This document shows positions 8,617-18,305 of a stretch of DNA of 64,000 nt, piece by piece. Source of the DNA: a virus (Duplodnaviria; Caudoviricetes). Below the pieces are notes generated by a model that was given only the letters and a program-made list of their open reading frames with translations, ran no database searches and was not told the origin of the DNA. Location: positions 128,001 through 192,000 of IMG/VR virus record IMGVR_UViG_3300037484_000235; one strand, given 5' to 3'. The position numbers were made by a program, and so were the translations under genes. Numbering within the stretch: position 1 is the stretch's first letter; each line of letters begins with the position of its first letter.

Positions 8617-9139
8617 CCTTGTTCAAGTTCTTCTTCTGCCTCCGTCGGCCTCCAACAAGGCACCTATGATGATCGAGGTTCCGGTCAATGGGGGAGGGGG
8701 ACCTTTCCTTGTCAGTGGGATTCGACAGGAGTGGGTTTGGATATCGAATGCCAAGACTGGAATCCTAAGAGCCGCAGTTCGTCCGGGACCGGTTCCAGAT
8801 GACATTTTCGTTCGGATCGTAACTGAGATTGCAGCCCGTGGTACCAAGAATCTGTGGGAGAACTGCTACCCGTACACAGATGTTGGGCTCAGTGGAGCTG
8901 TTGAGTACGTCACATCGTTTGGGATCAAACAAGTCGAGGCGCTTGTCCCTAAAGATTCAACACTTTCGGTACCGGGGGGAGTAACTCTTTCCGAGTCCGA
9001 ATGGATACCACAGGGCAGAGCAGTAGTGATCCCATTGGACCGCACCTATCTCGGAATGATTGGGGTGTTGGGCGCGGAGTATCACATGGTAGTCATTCAC
9101 AACCCCAGTCGAGGGATGGCGGTTCTAGGAATCTGGTGA
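8609..9139 (+). CDS. Hypothetical protein
   Basis: 176-aa ORF overlapping both neighbours by a few nt. Confidence 0.6.
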   Translation: MSDLVQVLLLPPSASNKAPMMIEVPVNGGGGPFLVSGIRQEWVWISNAKTGILRAAVRPGPVPDDIFVRIVTEIAARGTKNLWENCYPYTDVGLSGAVEYVTSFGIKQVEALVPKDSTLSVPGGVTLSESEWIPQGRAVVIPLDRTYLGMIGVLGAEYHMVVIHNPSRGMAVLGIW

Positions 9140-9864
9140 CACCCATCGCGTCGTGGTTGGTGAACCATTTCCAATCCCTGTCCCTCTCTGAAGAGGCTGA
9201 GGGATACTTGTTGGGTCGTGGGGCTACCCCAGAGGCGATTCAGAGGTTGGGATTTGTGGAATGGGCTCCTGCCGTTACAGAGTCACCAAGTACCATGTTC
9301 AAAAAACGGTACCGAGCACGGGGTGAGTCTCTGTCTGGTATGCTCGCGTACCCACTTCGTTCTCCAGCCGGAGACTTGATTGGATTTGAAGCCCGGTCCA
9401 TGGAAGTGAAGTTGATCAGTGAGTTTCGAACGCCAGAGGCTGAGTGGAATCCGGTCCTGGTCAATGCACCGGAGGCCGCCAGAAAGCTTTGGGCGGGAGG
9501 CTCAATCTGGATCACTGAGGGCGTGTTTGACGAGCTGGCATTGGAGCTGGTAGTGCCTGTAGAGGACGTGGTCATCTCTACGCTCCGGGCTGGGATCTCA
9601 AGAAGACACGTGGACTTCATCTCCAGATTTTGTCGGAATCGAGTCTACATGGTCTACGATAATGATGAGACAGGGCGTAAGGCTACTCTCGGTTGGAAAG
9701 ATGCAACGACCGGGAAGTACAGGATGGGGGCCCTAGATCTTTTTCGGAAGGCTGGTATCCCTGTCATTGACTTTCGGTACAGAGGCAAAGATCCCGGTGA
9801 GGTCTGGTCTTCAGGTGGGATTCGTAAACTGCGGAATGTGTTTCTGATAGGAGCTAACAAATGA
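9136..9864 (+). CDS. DnaG-like primase core (Toprim), no Zn-binding domain
   Basis: IWITEGVFDELAL and VYMVYDNDETGRKA Toprim motifs, KDPGE end; GTG 9136 overlaps the upstream TGA. Confidence 0.8.
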   Translation: MTPIASWLVNHFQSLSLSEEAEGYLLGRGATPEAIQRLGFVEWAPAVTESPSTMFKKRYRARGESLSGMLAYPLRSPAGDLIGFEARSMEVKLISEFRTPEAEWNPVLVNAPEAARKLWAGGSIWITEGVFDELALELVVPVEDVVISTLRAGISRRHVDFISRFCRNRVYMVYDNDETGRKATLGWKDATTGKYRMGALDLFRKAGIPVIDFRYRGKDPGEVWSSGGIRKLRNVFLIGANK

Positions 9865-10379
9865 GCAACGATGTATGGGAAGCGGGCCAAGACGTACGTG
9901 ACATTATGAAGTACCATGTCGCCAACAATCACCCCAGTCTGGCGTCGGTGGACAAGGACATTGCGATCCTTTTCCGGAGCAAGGCAGCAAAGAGGGGCGG
10001 ACAGGTAATCCTTGGCACGAGTCGTAAGGCACCCCCGATCCTCGATGTGCTCGGGAAGGGTGACTACAAGTTCATCCTGGAGATTGGATCCGATGAATGG
10101 GCTCTTCTCTCGGAAGCTCAGAAGTCGGCACTCATCGATCATCTGCTCTGCGCATGCAAGGTTGAAGAGGACCCGAAGAGCGGGGAGCTGAAGTTCAGCA
10201 TCGCCCCCCCTGACGTCCAGTTCTACTGGGACGAGCTGTCCCGTCATGGTGACTGGCGTCCACGCCCTCAGCAGGAAGCGGGCGCTAGTATGGATCTCGA
10301 AGAGATGATCGGAAGCAAGGGCAAGAGCAAGCCCACCGATGCAGCCTCTGACATGGTTTCCGACGACCTAGACGCTTGA
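9861..10379 (+). CDS. Phage metallopeptidase-like protein with a degenerate metal site
   Basis: HPSLASVDKDIAILF...DYKFILEI..EW..LSEAQKSALIDHLLCAC...IAPPDV pattern; DHELxH appears as DHLLCA. Confidence 0.55.
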   Translation: MSNDVWEAGQDVRDIMKYHVANNHPSLASVDKDIAILFRSKAAKRGGQVILGTSRKAPPILDVLGKGDYKFILEIGSDEWALLSEAQKSALIDHLLCACKVEEDPKSGELKFSIAPPDVQFYWDELSRHGDWRPRPQQEAGASMDLEEMIGSKGKSKPTDAASDMVSDDLDA

Positions 10380-10423
10380 GTCTGGTCCAACTTTGCGTGG
10401 GACCTTCACGCGGATAGGAAATT

Positions 10424-11785
10424 GTGTCCTTAGATACGAAGTACAGGCCGCATACGTACGACGGGGTTCTGGGCCAGACCAGTACGGTTCAGATCCTTCG
10501 TCAGTATGTGAAGTCAGGGGCCGGATTCTCTCAGTCGTACCTCTTCGCGGGCCCGTGGGGCAGCGGTAAGACAACGATTGCGAGAGTCCTTGCCAGGTCG
10601 CTTCTTTGTGCGTCCCCTGTTGACGGGGCCGCCTGCGACCAGTGTGTTTCGTGTCAGTCGATCCTCATGGGGGGTTCCTCCGAGAACTTCTTTGAGATCG
10701 ACGCCGCTACGAACAGCGGGAAGGACTCAATCCGCAAGATCGTGGATGAAATCCAGTACTCCACCTTCTCTGGAAACCGCCGATTGTATCTTTTCGACGA
10801 GAGCCACCGTCTCTCGACTGACGCACTAGACGCGCTTTTAAAACCAATGGAAGACTGTGTCCCTGGTTCCCAGGACAAATCTCTAGTCTGTATCTTCTGT
10901 ACGACAGAGCCAGAAAAGATGCGGGCAACCGTTCTTTCTCGGTGCGCCCCAGCGTTCGTCATCAAGCCTGTCACCCCTGATCAGATCCGAGACCGGCTTG
11001 TGGTTGTATGCGACTCGGAGGGAATCCCCTACGAGATTGACGCCCTCAAGCTCATAGGTGAGTTGACGGAGTGTCACATCCGAGACGCCCTAAAAGCAGT
11101 AGAGGGCGTCTCGATGCTTGGGATGGTGGACAAGGTGAACGTAGCCAAGTACCTGCATTTGGACTCACACCTTCTTGTCCTTGACATCCTAAGTCTGATT
11201 CTCAATGATCTTCCAGGGGCCCTCCGTAAAACCTCTGAGCTTTTGGCGATGACGAGTCCAACGACTTGCTACGAGAGTCTTACTGACATGGCGATGCTGG
11301 CCTATCGTGTCGGTATAGGGGCAGCCACACCCCCAAGCTACCTGAGTGTTCAGACCGTTCAGGAAATCGGAACTGGGGTGGGAGCGCGGTTGCTTTCCTA
11401 CGCAAGCCGATTTTCATCACGTCCAGGAAGGCCCTCAGCTTCGATGCTTCTGTGTGATGTGGCTCAGCTCCATCAAGAGGCCGTGGCCCCGCTTCCATTC
11501 CATTCTGTTGCTCAAAATCCTGTGACACCTGAACGCGTGGGTAATGTAAAGCTGGACAAGCCACAGATGGTGGATGGCGTGTACGTTGATCCACGAGCCA
11601 TTAACCAACCAACTGAGACTGTCGTAGCCACTGCGCCCCCTTCCGAGCTTTCACCCTTGGTGTTCTTTGATCTTGTGCGGAAACGCGCAACCGAGCTGAA
11701 GGAATCGCAACAGGATGGACGTTCGGGACAAGATGACTTGGGTAGCTCTGGAGCTAACCAAAGCGGGGGAGCTGAAGGCGATTGA
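10424..11785 (+). CDS. dnaX: DNA polymerase III gamma/tau-like clamp loader
   Basis: KYRP...VLGQ, Walker A GPWGSGKTTIAR, Zn cysteines, EIDAATNSG, FDESHRLS, TTEPEKMRATVLSRC. Confidence 0.92.
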   Translation: MSLDTKYRPHTYDGVLGQTSTVQILRQYVKSGAGFSQSYLFAGPWGSGKTTIARVLARSLLCASPVDGAACDQCVSCQSILMGGSSENFFEIDAATNSGKDSIRKIVDEIQYSTFSGNRRLYLFDESHRLSTDALDALLKPMEDCVPGSQDKSLVCIFCTTEPEKMRATVLSRCAPAFVIKPVTPDQIRDRLVVVCDSEGIPYEIDALKLIGELTECHIRDALKAVEGVSMLGMVDKVNVAKYLHLDSHLLVLDILSLILNDLPGALRKTSELLAMTSPTTCYESLTDMAMLAYRVGIGAATPPSYLSVQTVQEIGTGVGARLLSYASRFSSRPGRPSASMLLCDVAQLHQEAVAPLPFHSVAQNPVTPERVGNVKLDKPQMVDGVYVDPRAINQPTETVVATAPPSELSPLVFFDLVRKRATELKESQQDGRSGQDDLGSSGANQSGGAEGD

Positions 11786-12317
11786 AGGCACACTAGCCTC
11801 TACTCTTTGCGCCAGTTTGTGTGTTCCTGAGTCCTATCCTGTTTTTGTCCCTTACGCCTCTTACTCAAAGGGCGGCAGGAGTGTCTCAGTCCGACTCATA
11901 GAGGGCTACGCCTTCGTTGGTTCCGGGTTGGAGGAAACAAAGTATTTTGCATTGGAGCGCGGACCGTACGTGGGGCGCGTGATGTCTTCTAGGGGCGCCC
12001 ACAACATGCGCGTTCTTCAGACGGTTCCGGACCAGCGTATTCAGGCATTGATGACTCAGTTGCGGGAGCAAGTGGCTTCTGATCTGGAGATCGGAACGAA
12101 TGTTCGGATCACTGGCGGAAACTACTTGCACCTGGAAGGTGTCATTGTGGACTTGACCGATGACAGAGCTGCGGTCAGGATAAAACTTAGATCTCGTGAT
12201 GTGGTTGCTTTTCTACCGAAGGTTTTCATTGACGCGGTTACCGATGCGGCAGAAGATAGTGTTGAGATTGACGCCCTTGACGTAGCTATTGGTCCGGAGT
12301 TCATCCCGGAAGACTAG
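11715..12317 (+). CDS. NusG/RfaH-like transcription elongation factor (NGN plus KOW)
   Basis: WVALEL...VFVP...LIEGYAFV NGN-like segment; KOW IGTNVRITGGNYLHLEGVIV. Confidence 0.7.
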   Translation: MDVRDKMTWVALELTKAGELKAIEGTLASTLCASLCVPESYPVFVPYASYSKGGRSVSVRLIEGYAFVGSGLEETKYFALERGPYVGRVMSSRGAHNMRVLQTVPDQRIQALMTQLREQVASDLEIGTNVRITGGNYLHLEGVIVDLTDDRAAVRIKLRSRDVVAFLPKVFIDAVTDAAEDSVEIDALDVAIGPEFIPED

Positions 12318-12332
12318 GATTACAGGCCCCTC

Positions 12333-12938
12333 ATGAATAGTCCATCCAGTGCATCATCTAATGGGTCTTTGAGCCCTACCTCCATTTTTTCAGAAGAGGA
12401 CTCACTTTCCTTTTTTGGGTCTGTTTTCACGGAACCCGATGAAGACGACCTCAAGATGATGGAGAAGGTCCGCCTAATGTTGGACCTGTTGCCCCCAGTT
12501 GAGGCCGATTTCGTTGAGATGTACTTCTTCAAGCACATCAAGCAAACTGACATAGCGTCAATCTTTAACGTCAGCCAACCAACAGTCTGCTATCGGTTGT
12601 ATCGAGCCATTGACCGCATCAAGTTCCTTCTGATCCTGCCCAAGGTCGATACAATCAAGATGAGATCTGATCTCTCCCAGTTCATGTCCGATCCAATGGA
12701 CATAGACATCATGATGCACATGTACGAGACTACATGCCAGAGTGAGAGCGCAAAGCGTCTCAATGTCTCTCAGGGATTGGTTCGACACCGATTCATCCGG
12801 TCGATCAAAAAGATGCAGAACTTTGAGTCAATGCAGCTCTATTTTGGCATTTTCTCGATGATTGCTAGCAATCTGAACATCATGCGTGAGGTTCGCCGTC
12901 GTAAGAGTTCGGACAGCATAGATTGCGTGATCGACTGA
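12333..12938 (+). CDS. Tandem sigma70-region-4-like HTH protein
   Basis: MYFFKHIKQTDIASIFNVSQPTVCYRL and TCQSESAKRLNVSQGLVRHRF; no region-2 motif seen. Confidence 0.6.
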   Translation: MNSPSSASSNGSLSPTSIFSEEDSLSFFGSVFTEPDEDDLKMMEKVRLMLDLLPPVEADFVEMYFFKHIKQTDIASIFNVSQPTVCYRLYRAIDRIKFLLILPKVDTIKMRSDLSQFMSDPMDIDIMMHMYETTCQSESAKRLNVSQGLVRHRFIRSIKKMQNFESMQLYFGIFSMIASNLNIMREVRRRKSSDSIDCVID

Positions 12939-13010
12939 CCCCCTGTGGATTGATCTGACGAGTCTCTCGGTTAAGTACCCTATCCGCCGCAATGGTGAAG
13001 GGTATAACCT

Positions 13011-13328
13011 GTGAAGTCAGAAGTCAGAATCGCCATGGCACATACGGTTGCAAACCGTTGGCTGGACGAGATATCCAAGAAAGAGTACCGCTTCTCCGTC
13101 TTCCCTGGTTCGGGAAAGACTGAGATGGATGTTCGTCTCTTGGCCGGTAGCCTTCGATCTTGGCGTGATGGGAATACCAAGATTGCTTCAGTGCCCCTTG
13201 CATCTGATTTGGGTGTGAGGGAATCCGTCAACAACTCGATTGAGGTCTGGTCTTCGGATTGCGACACGCTTCGAAAGCTGTCGTCTTGGATGGAGTCCAA
13301 GGGCTTCGAAACTAATTTCATCTGGTGA
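13011..13328 (+). CDS. Hypothetical protein, first gene of the structural region
   Basis: 105-aa ORF with RIA|MAHTVANRW motif; start may be ATG 13035. Confidence 0.6.
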   Translation: MKSEVRIAMAHTVANRWLDEISKKEYRFSVFPGSGKTEMDVRLLAGSLRSWRDGNTKIASVPLASDLGVRESVNNSIEVWSSDCDTLRKLSSWMESKGFETNFIW

Positions 13329-13332
13329 ACTC

Positions 13333-13761
13333 ATGGCACTTACCAGGGAAATTTTCGACTTCACCTACCGATCCGGATCCGCCGGAACGTACTACTACTT
13401 CACGATCTCCCAGGACTCAACGGGTGGGATTTCGCTCAAGAACGTCCAGACTCCGAATGGTCGGATCATCGACTCTCAGACCGGGCTGCCACAATCGGTT
13501 GTGTCCGATATTGACGCTGCCATCATACAGGTGGAGAACTTCGTGGCTCAAACCAGCGCAGTAAATGGAACACTCAGCTTTGTGGCTCAGACGAGCCAAA
13601 GCGTGACTTTCGCTACCCCCTTTGCAGGGACGACCTACCGGGTGCAGTTGGCACTGGCCGACTATATCCCGGCTCGGGTAATCTCTAAGCTTACGACCGG
13701 ATTCACCGTAGAATTGGGCGTGAGCTACACAGGAGACGTCGGGTACGACGTTTTTGTCTGA
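13333..13761 (+). CDS. Putative virion protein, beta-rich C-terminal domain
   Basis: ATG 13333; QSVTFATPF..TYRVQL...TGFTV resembles the C-terminus of the next ORF. Confidence 0.6.
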   Translation: MALTREIFDFTYRSGSAGTYYYFTISQDSTGGISLKNVQTPNGRIIDSQTGLPQSVVSDIDAAIIQVENFVAQTSAVNGTLSFVAQTSQSVTFATPFAGTTYRVQLALADYIPARVISKLTTGFTVELGVSYTGDVGYDVFV

Positions 13762-13779
13762 GATGGATAGGAGAATTCG

Positions 13780-14967
13780 ATGACTCAGGCTCCTTTCCAA
13801 TCGGATGGTCTGCGGATTGAACCCGGCTCCGGGCAGACCCTCACGATCCTCAGGGATGCTGCTACGGGCTCGCTGCGGTTCGTGGACACCCTCGTTCCGT
13901 CCGGGATCAACCTCCTGGACATCTCGGGCTTCAACGCGATCACAGGGGCTCTGGTGGTCGGTCGGGCCGGCACCGGCGCCAAGTACACGACGGTGCAGTC
14001 CGCTATCGATGCGGTTTCCGCTGCCGCTAGTGCGGCAAACCCCTACACAATCTTTGTTCTTCCCGGTGTTTACCTGGAAAATCTCATCATTGAGAAGGAC
14101 GGGATCGCGATCGTTGCGTTGGGACAGGTTTCCATCGTAGCTGTAACAGCAACTCCGACCATCACAATTCAGGCGGGTGTGTCGACGACTCCCCTGACGA
14201 CTCTTTTTCAGGGGATCAAGATCCAAACGTCCAACGCGGGCTTGGAGTGCGTGCTGATTTCTGGTGGTGCAGCGTCCACCGTCGGCAGCGGTGGGATCGT
14301 CTTCAAGGATTGCAACTTTGCGGCCCTCGGCGTCGGCTCGTACACCGTGCGGGCTGACACCGTGAACTCGGTAGCTCTCTACGGGTGTCGGTCGGACGAG
14401 AGTGCGGTTACCGCTGTGCAGAAGGCCGTGCAGTGCGCGTCCTACCTCATCTCGGGGGGAACGGCACCCGCCACGCAGTTGGATTACACTACTGCGCTAC
14501 CTCTTCCGGCAACGGCTGGTTCCGTCTACTCGATTGAGGACTGCCGAACCGTGGGGAACGTGCTCTCGACTCTCACGAGCGGGGGCTCCCTTGGAATCAA
14601 GGGGTGCCTCACGGTCGGAAACGTCACCCTCAACGGGAACCGCACAGGACTCATTCAGTCTTCCACGGTGGGCAACATCACTGTGGGCGGGACTTCCGCC
14701 ATGACCCTGGTTTCCTCGAAGAGGGGAACGGCTGCGGGGGCTGGTACCCTGGACGAGCCTCTTACGGGGTCTACAGGGTTCATTGGGAGCGCCAGCGAAG
14801 CGGTGCTGTTCTCTGTTCTCCGGCCAAATGCCACCTACGGGGTGGTGCTGGATACAGGGAGCTTGGACCCTGTTGCTGTCACCCCCAAGGCCAACTCCGG
14901 ATTCACGATTAGCTTTGGGATTATCGTGCAGACTACCACTGTTTACTGGTCCGTTTTTGGCACCTAA
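13780..14967 (+). CDS. Virion/tail-associated protein with a pectin-lyase-like beta-helix
   Basis: KYTTVQSAIDAV...IFVLPGVYLENL motif; G/S/T/V-rich. Confidence 0.6.
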   Translation: MTQAPFQSDGLRIEPGSGQTLTILRDAATGSLRFVDTLVPSGINLLDISGFNAITGALVVGRAGTGAKYTTVQSAIDAVSAAASAANPYTIFVLPGVYLENLIIEKDGIAIVALGQVSIVAVTATPTITIQAGVSTTPLTTLFQGIKIQTSNAGLECVLISGGAASTVGSGGIVFKDCNFAALGVGSYTVRADTVNSVALYGCRSDESAVTAVQKAVQCASYLISGGTAPATQLDYTTALPLPATAGSVYSIEDCRTVGNVLSTLTSGGSLGIKGCLTVGNVTLNGNRTGLIQSSTVGNITVGGTSAMTLVSSKRGTAAGAGTLDEPLTGSTGFIGSASEAVLFSVLRPNATYGVVLDTGSLDPVAVTPKANSGFTISFGIIVQTTTVYWSVFGT

Positions 14968-15020
14968 TCTGTCACCCGCTTTGATTCCACTATAGGACTC
15001 CGGTAGCAAAGAGATTGAAC

Positions 15021-15560
15021 ATGAGCACTTTCTGGGATGAACTGACGCAAGGGATGCACAAGGAGGCGTCGTCTTTGGACGCTCATCTTGGCGGACGTGT
15101 GCGCTCTGAGGGCATCCGCAATCTAACGGATAAGTTCCGGGCTGCTAACGCCCTGGACCTGACTGCCGGTGCAGGAACTCGTGTGTCCTTCGCGGACAAC
15201 CTTGGTGCTCTCATCTCGTACCCAGATCCCCCACAGGGTGGGTCCGAGGGCACCGTGGTTACCGTGCGGTCGGCTTCTGGGGACGTGACTCACGTAGACA
15301 GTCTCATGTTCGTGAAGTGGGATAACGGTTCATTCATGCCCGTGCACGCCGAGCACCTACGTCGTGCGTCCGACACGCGGATTGCATCGTCCTACTCGAT
15401 CCGGGTCTCGTCTTTGGGGGACCTCACGGATTTCATGAAGACTTCGAGTGAAGACCTGGTTCACAAAGCCACCAAGGACTTGTGGGCCGTGAAAAATGTC
15501 GGCGGTGAGTATCTCATCGAGCGTCTCTTTGATGAGACAGGGGCTCCGCTAAAGGTATGA
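15021..15560 (+). CDS. Putative internal head protein (SH3-like segment)
   Basis: KEA and RIA sites; GTVVTV...FVKWDNG; TATAG at 14991 and an ATG with upstream purines. Confidence 0.55.
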   Translation: MSTFWDELTQGMHKEASSLDAHLGGRVRSEGIRNLTDKFRAANALDLTAGAGTRVSFADNLGALISYPDPPQGGSEGTVVTVRSASGDVTHVDSLMFVKWDNGSFMPVHAEHLRRASDTRIASSYSIRVSSLGDLTDFMKTSSEDLVHKATKDLWAVKNVGGEYLIERLFDETGAPLKV

Positions 15561-16144
15561 CCAACATGCGCAAAGCGAGTCCAGAGCGGGTAGCCAAGCG
15601 TGCGATGATTCGCACGGCGGGTGAAGTCCGTTTCATCAAGGACAAGAGCAATGACGCCAGCCAGTGGGCGTGGAATGACTCCGGTCCTCAAGAGCGGAAG
15701 ATCACTCCGGACTTCGCGTTCAATCCCAAGAACACCAAGCCCCTAGCGAAGGTGTTGCGCTCTACGAATGCCTCTCTGGGTCATGCGATGGCGGCCTATG
15801 CGCTCTTCACGAAGTTGAAGTCGGCGGACATCTCTCCGGATGGCGCACTCGGCGGCAAGGGTTACATCCAGAAGATCGCAGAGATGCGTCGGGCATACAT
15901 GAACTTGGTCGAGGCGCTCTCTGCGCTTTCTGACACGCTCTACGATGAGATCCGGGCCCCACACTGGGCTGCAATCTCTCGGCAGGAAGATCCTGAGGAC
16001 CGCGAAGAGGTAGAGCAGATCGTTGAAGATGCTGTCGATATCAAGGCGGACCCAGAGGGCTGGGCTGAGGATCAAGAAGAGCAGATGGACGAGGAGAACG
16101 CCAACATCACGAAGCGTGCCTCTTTTAAACCGAGGGTCCGCTGA
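15557..16144 (+). CDS. Putative internal head protein
   Basis: RKAS-PERVAKRA, RTAG, KRAS; acidic C-terminal part. Confidence 0.55.
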   Translation: MTNMRKASPERVAKRAMIRTAGEVRFIKDKSNDASQWAWNDSGPQERKITPDFAFNPKNTKPLAKVLRSTNASLGHAMAAYALFTKLKSADISPDGALGGKGYIQKIAEMRRAYMNLVEALSALSDTLYDEIRAPHWAAISRQEDPEDREEVEQIVEDAVDIKADPEGWAEDQEEQMDEENANITKRASFKPRVR

Positions 16145-18303
16145 TGTCAAAATCTTCTCAACTACCGGATGGTGGACACATGCCAACCCTTGGCTCCAAC
16201 TACATGATGGACGGCTTCGACTTCGACTCAGAGTACGGGGACGGGCCGGATGCTGCCCGCAAGGATCCGGAGCTTCCTCGTTCGTCTCGGGGACTTGCGG
16301 GTCTTCCCGATGGATTCATGGGTAGAGACGAGCCGGAGGAAGAGTTTGACTTCCGGATGGTTGAGGGCGGCGACGAGCACGGTCTTGGCGATTTGAGCGA
16401 GATGTTCAAGGAGGCGACCCCTCTCATGGACTTGGCGTGGCTTGAGAGTGCAGAGCAAGATCCTGCCCGTCTTCCTGAGTCCATCAATCAGATCGAGCCC
16501 ACTCTCTCGGATCTCTACCAGACGGAGTTCGCGGATGTTCCTGGAACCGGGACCGTCAATGAGCTTGAGCAGGCGTGGGGCGTGAATCGTCGCACAGACG
16601 GACAGAATATTGTCCCCAACATCGTGTATCCGCGTCCGGTTACGGGACCGACCTCGGCGCTGCCACAGGACTTGCATCGAACCGTTGTGGCCCATGCCAT
16701 GCGGAAGTCTGCCTTTGGGGAGAGCTTCGAGAATATCACGCGTGATGTTCTGGCATTCTTCGGGGATGACATCTCGAAGGTTCAGGGGACACCGGCGTTC
16801 AAGAAGTTCTCTGCGGCTATCCGCTCAGTCCGTGCTGAGCACGGTCTGGTGGGCAACGTCTACGTGCGGGACTCCGCTTTCCCAGGACTTCACACAGGGA
16901 AGTGGGACGCCGCGATCAAGCGTAGGTGTGCATCCGCCAGGTACATCCTGACGAGTCCTGGGTCCAAGATCTCGGCCCTACAGAACTACATTGGCAAGCA
17001 GGTTGTGACCTCGATCCCTTGGGGCGAAGCCCTTGACCACTATCGCCCCATGATTGAGGCAAGCGGCAAGCGCATCGCCTCTGGGGACCCACGCAAGGCC
17101 CTCCAGGCGGCCTTCACGCAACAGGCTCCTCAGACACGTCGCGGGGCAACCACTTTCCCCACTCATGAGATGCCAACGGTTTCCAGCAAGGAGGCGCATG
17201 AAGCGTTCTCTAAGGCACCAACACAAGAGCGTGGCGTCATCTCGCGAGATGACGGGCATGCAGCCCAGGCCAAGAATGCCAGCGGGAGAATCGACCGCTG
17301 GGTGAAGGCGGGGCTGGTCACTGCAACAAGAGTGGCTCAGATTCGAGCACAGGTCTTGGATCCCTCGGACCTTCTTCGCACAGTGGCTTCTGAGATCTCG
17401 TCTACCAAGAAGGCTGCCTACACTGGCGTCGGGCTTGAGGCCAACAAGGCTCGTGAGTTCGTGACCACGAAAGACGCAGCTTGGACCTCCGATCAGAACA
17501 AAGAGATTGATCGGGTTGTCCTGGAGCGCGCACGCGCAGTAGTCGCCAACCTCGTGACCTCTGGGAAGATCTCGCAGCAGAATGCCAACACGGTCCTGAA
17601 GGTGTCCAGTGCGGAAGGGATGCTCCGTCTTGCGGCCAAGTACGTCGCAGGTCCGAAGTCCGCAGACTACAGTGGCACATCCTTTCAGGCAAACGTAGCA
17701 ACGAAGAAGGCTCAGGACATGAGCCCCATTCTCCCGATTGAAGTGCGGAAGCTTCTTCGTTGGGCTTCTGTCCAGATGAACGAGGGTGCTGCGGGCAAAG
17801 ATCTGGACTACTTGCTGTCTGCCAGGTTCTCGAATGAACTCCGCAAGACGGCTTCTGAACCCCTCACCCAGCTCCGCAAGAAGCACGAGGGCCTATCTGG
17901 TCACATGTATGTCGACGCGAGCGCTTATGCGTCCACGACAGGTACAGAGGGGTGTGATAAGGGTGCCCTTATCCACCGGGCAAACCAGCTCAAGATGGTC
18001 TTGGGGATGGATCGTTGTGCCTCGTGCGTTTCGAACGTCGAGTCACACTGCCAGAAGTACAGCAAGGTGATCGTTTCTGCAATCCCAGAGAAGCAGGCCA
18101 ATCGGTACCAGACGGAGATGATCCGCTTGGCAAATGCTAGTGACTCTGAGACCACAGCCTCCTTCTTCACCTCTCAGGGTGAGGGTGGATACGACCTACA
18201 GAATGAGGTGCTTGACAACATTGAGTATGACAGCACCCCACCTGTTGAAGAACTCGGCGGGATTCTCTTCGACGGTTTGACCCTAGACGCTGACGAGGAG
18301 TGA
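16144..18303 (+). CDS. Large putative head-associated protein
   Basis: 719 aa with many K/R-x-A sites; internal echo HGLVGNVYVRDSAF / HEGLSGHMYVDASAY; Cys cluster near the C-terminus. Confidence 0.6.
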   Translation: MSKSSQLPDGGHMPTLGSNYMMDGFDFDSEYGDGPDAARKDPELPRSSRGLAGLPDGFMGRDEPEEEFDFRMVEGGDEHGLGDLSEMFKEATPLMDLAWLESAEQDPARLPESINQIEPTLSDLYQTEFADVPGTGTVNELEQAWGVNRRTDGQNIVPNIVYPRPVTGPTSALPQDLHRTVVAHAMRKSAFGESFENITRDVLAFFGDDISKVQGTPAFKKFSAAIRSVRAEHGLVGNVYVRDSAFPGLHTGKWDAAIKRRCASARYILTSPGSKISALQNYIGKQVVTSIPWGEALDHYRPMIEASGKRIASGDPRKALQAAFTQQAPQTRRGATTFPTHEMPTVSSKEAHEAFSKAPTQERGVISRDDGHAAQAKNASGRIDRWVKAGLVTATRVAQIRAQVLDPSDLLRTVASEISSTKKAAYTGVGLEANKAREFVTTKDAAWTSDQNKEIDRVVLERARAVVANLVTSGKISQQNANTVLKVSSAEGMLRLAAKYVAGPKSADYSGTSFQANVATKKAQDMSPILPIEVRKLLRWASVQMNEGAAGKDLDYLLSARFSNELRKTASEPLTQLRKKHEGLSGHMYVDASAYASTTGTEGCDKGALIHRANQLKMVLGMDRCASCVSNVESHCQKYSKVIVSAIPEKQANRYQTEMIRLANASDSETTASFFTSQGEGGYDLQNEVLDNIEYDSTPPVEELGGILFDGLTLDADEE

Positions 18304-18305
18304 TC

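Noticed and set aside
9001-9135. Track start of the primase at 9001
   Set aside because: It would overlap the upstream gene by 139 nt; GTG 9136 gives a standard 4-nt coupling
16978-17886. Long minus-strand ORFs (also 23730-24356, 45064-45963, 47787-48410, 54888-55604)
   Set aside because: No recognisable motifs or RBS; composition typical of antisense shadows in GC-rich coding DNA
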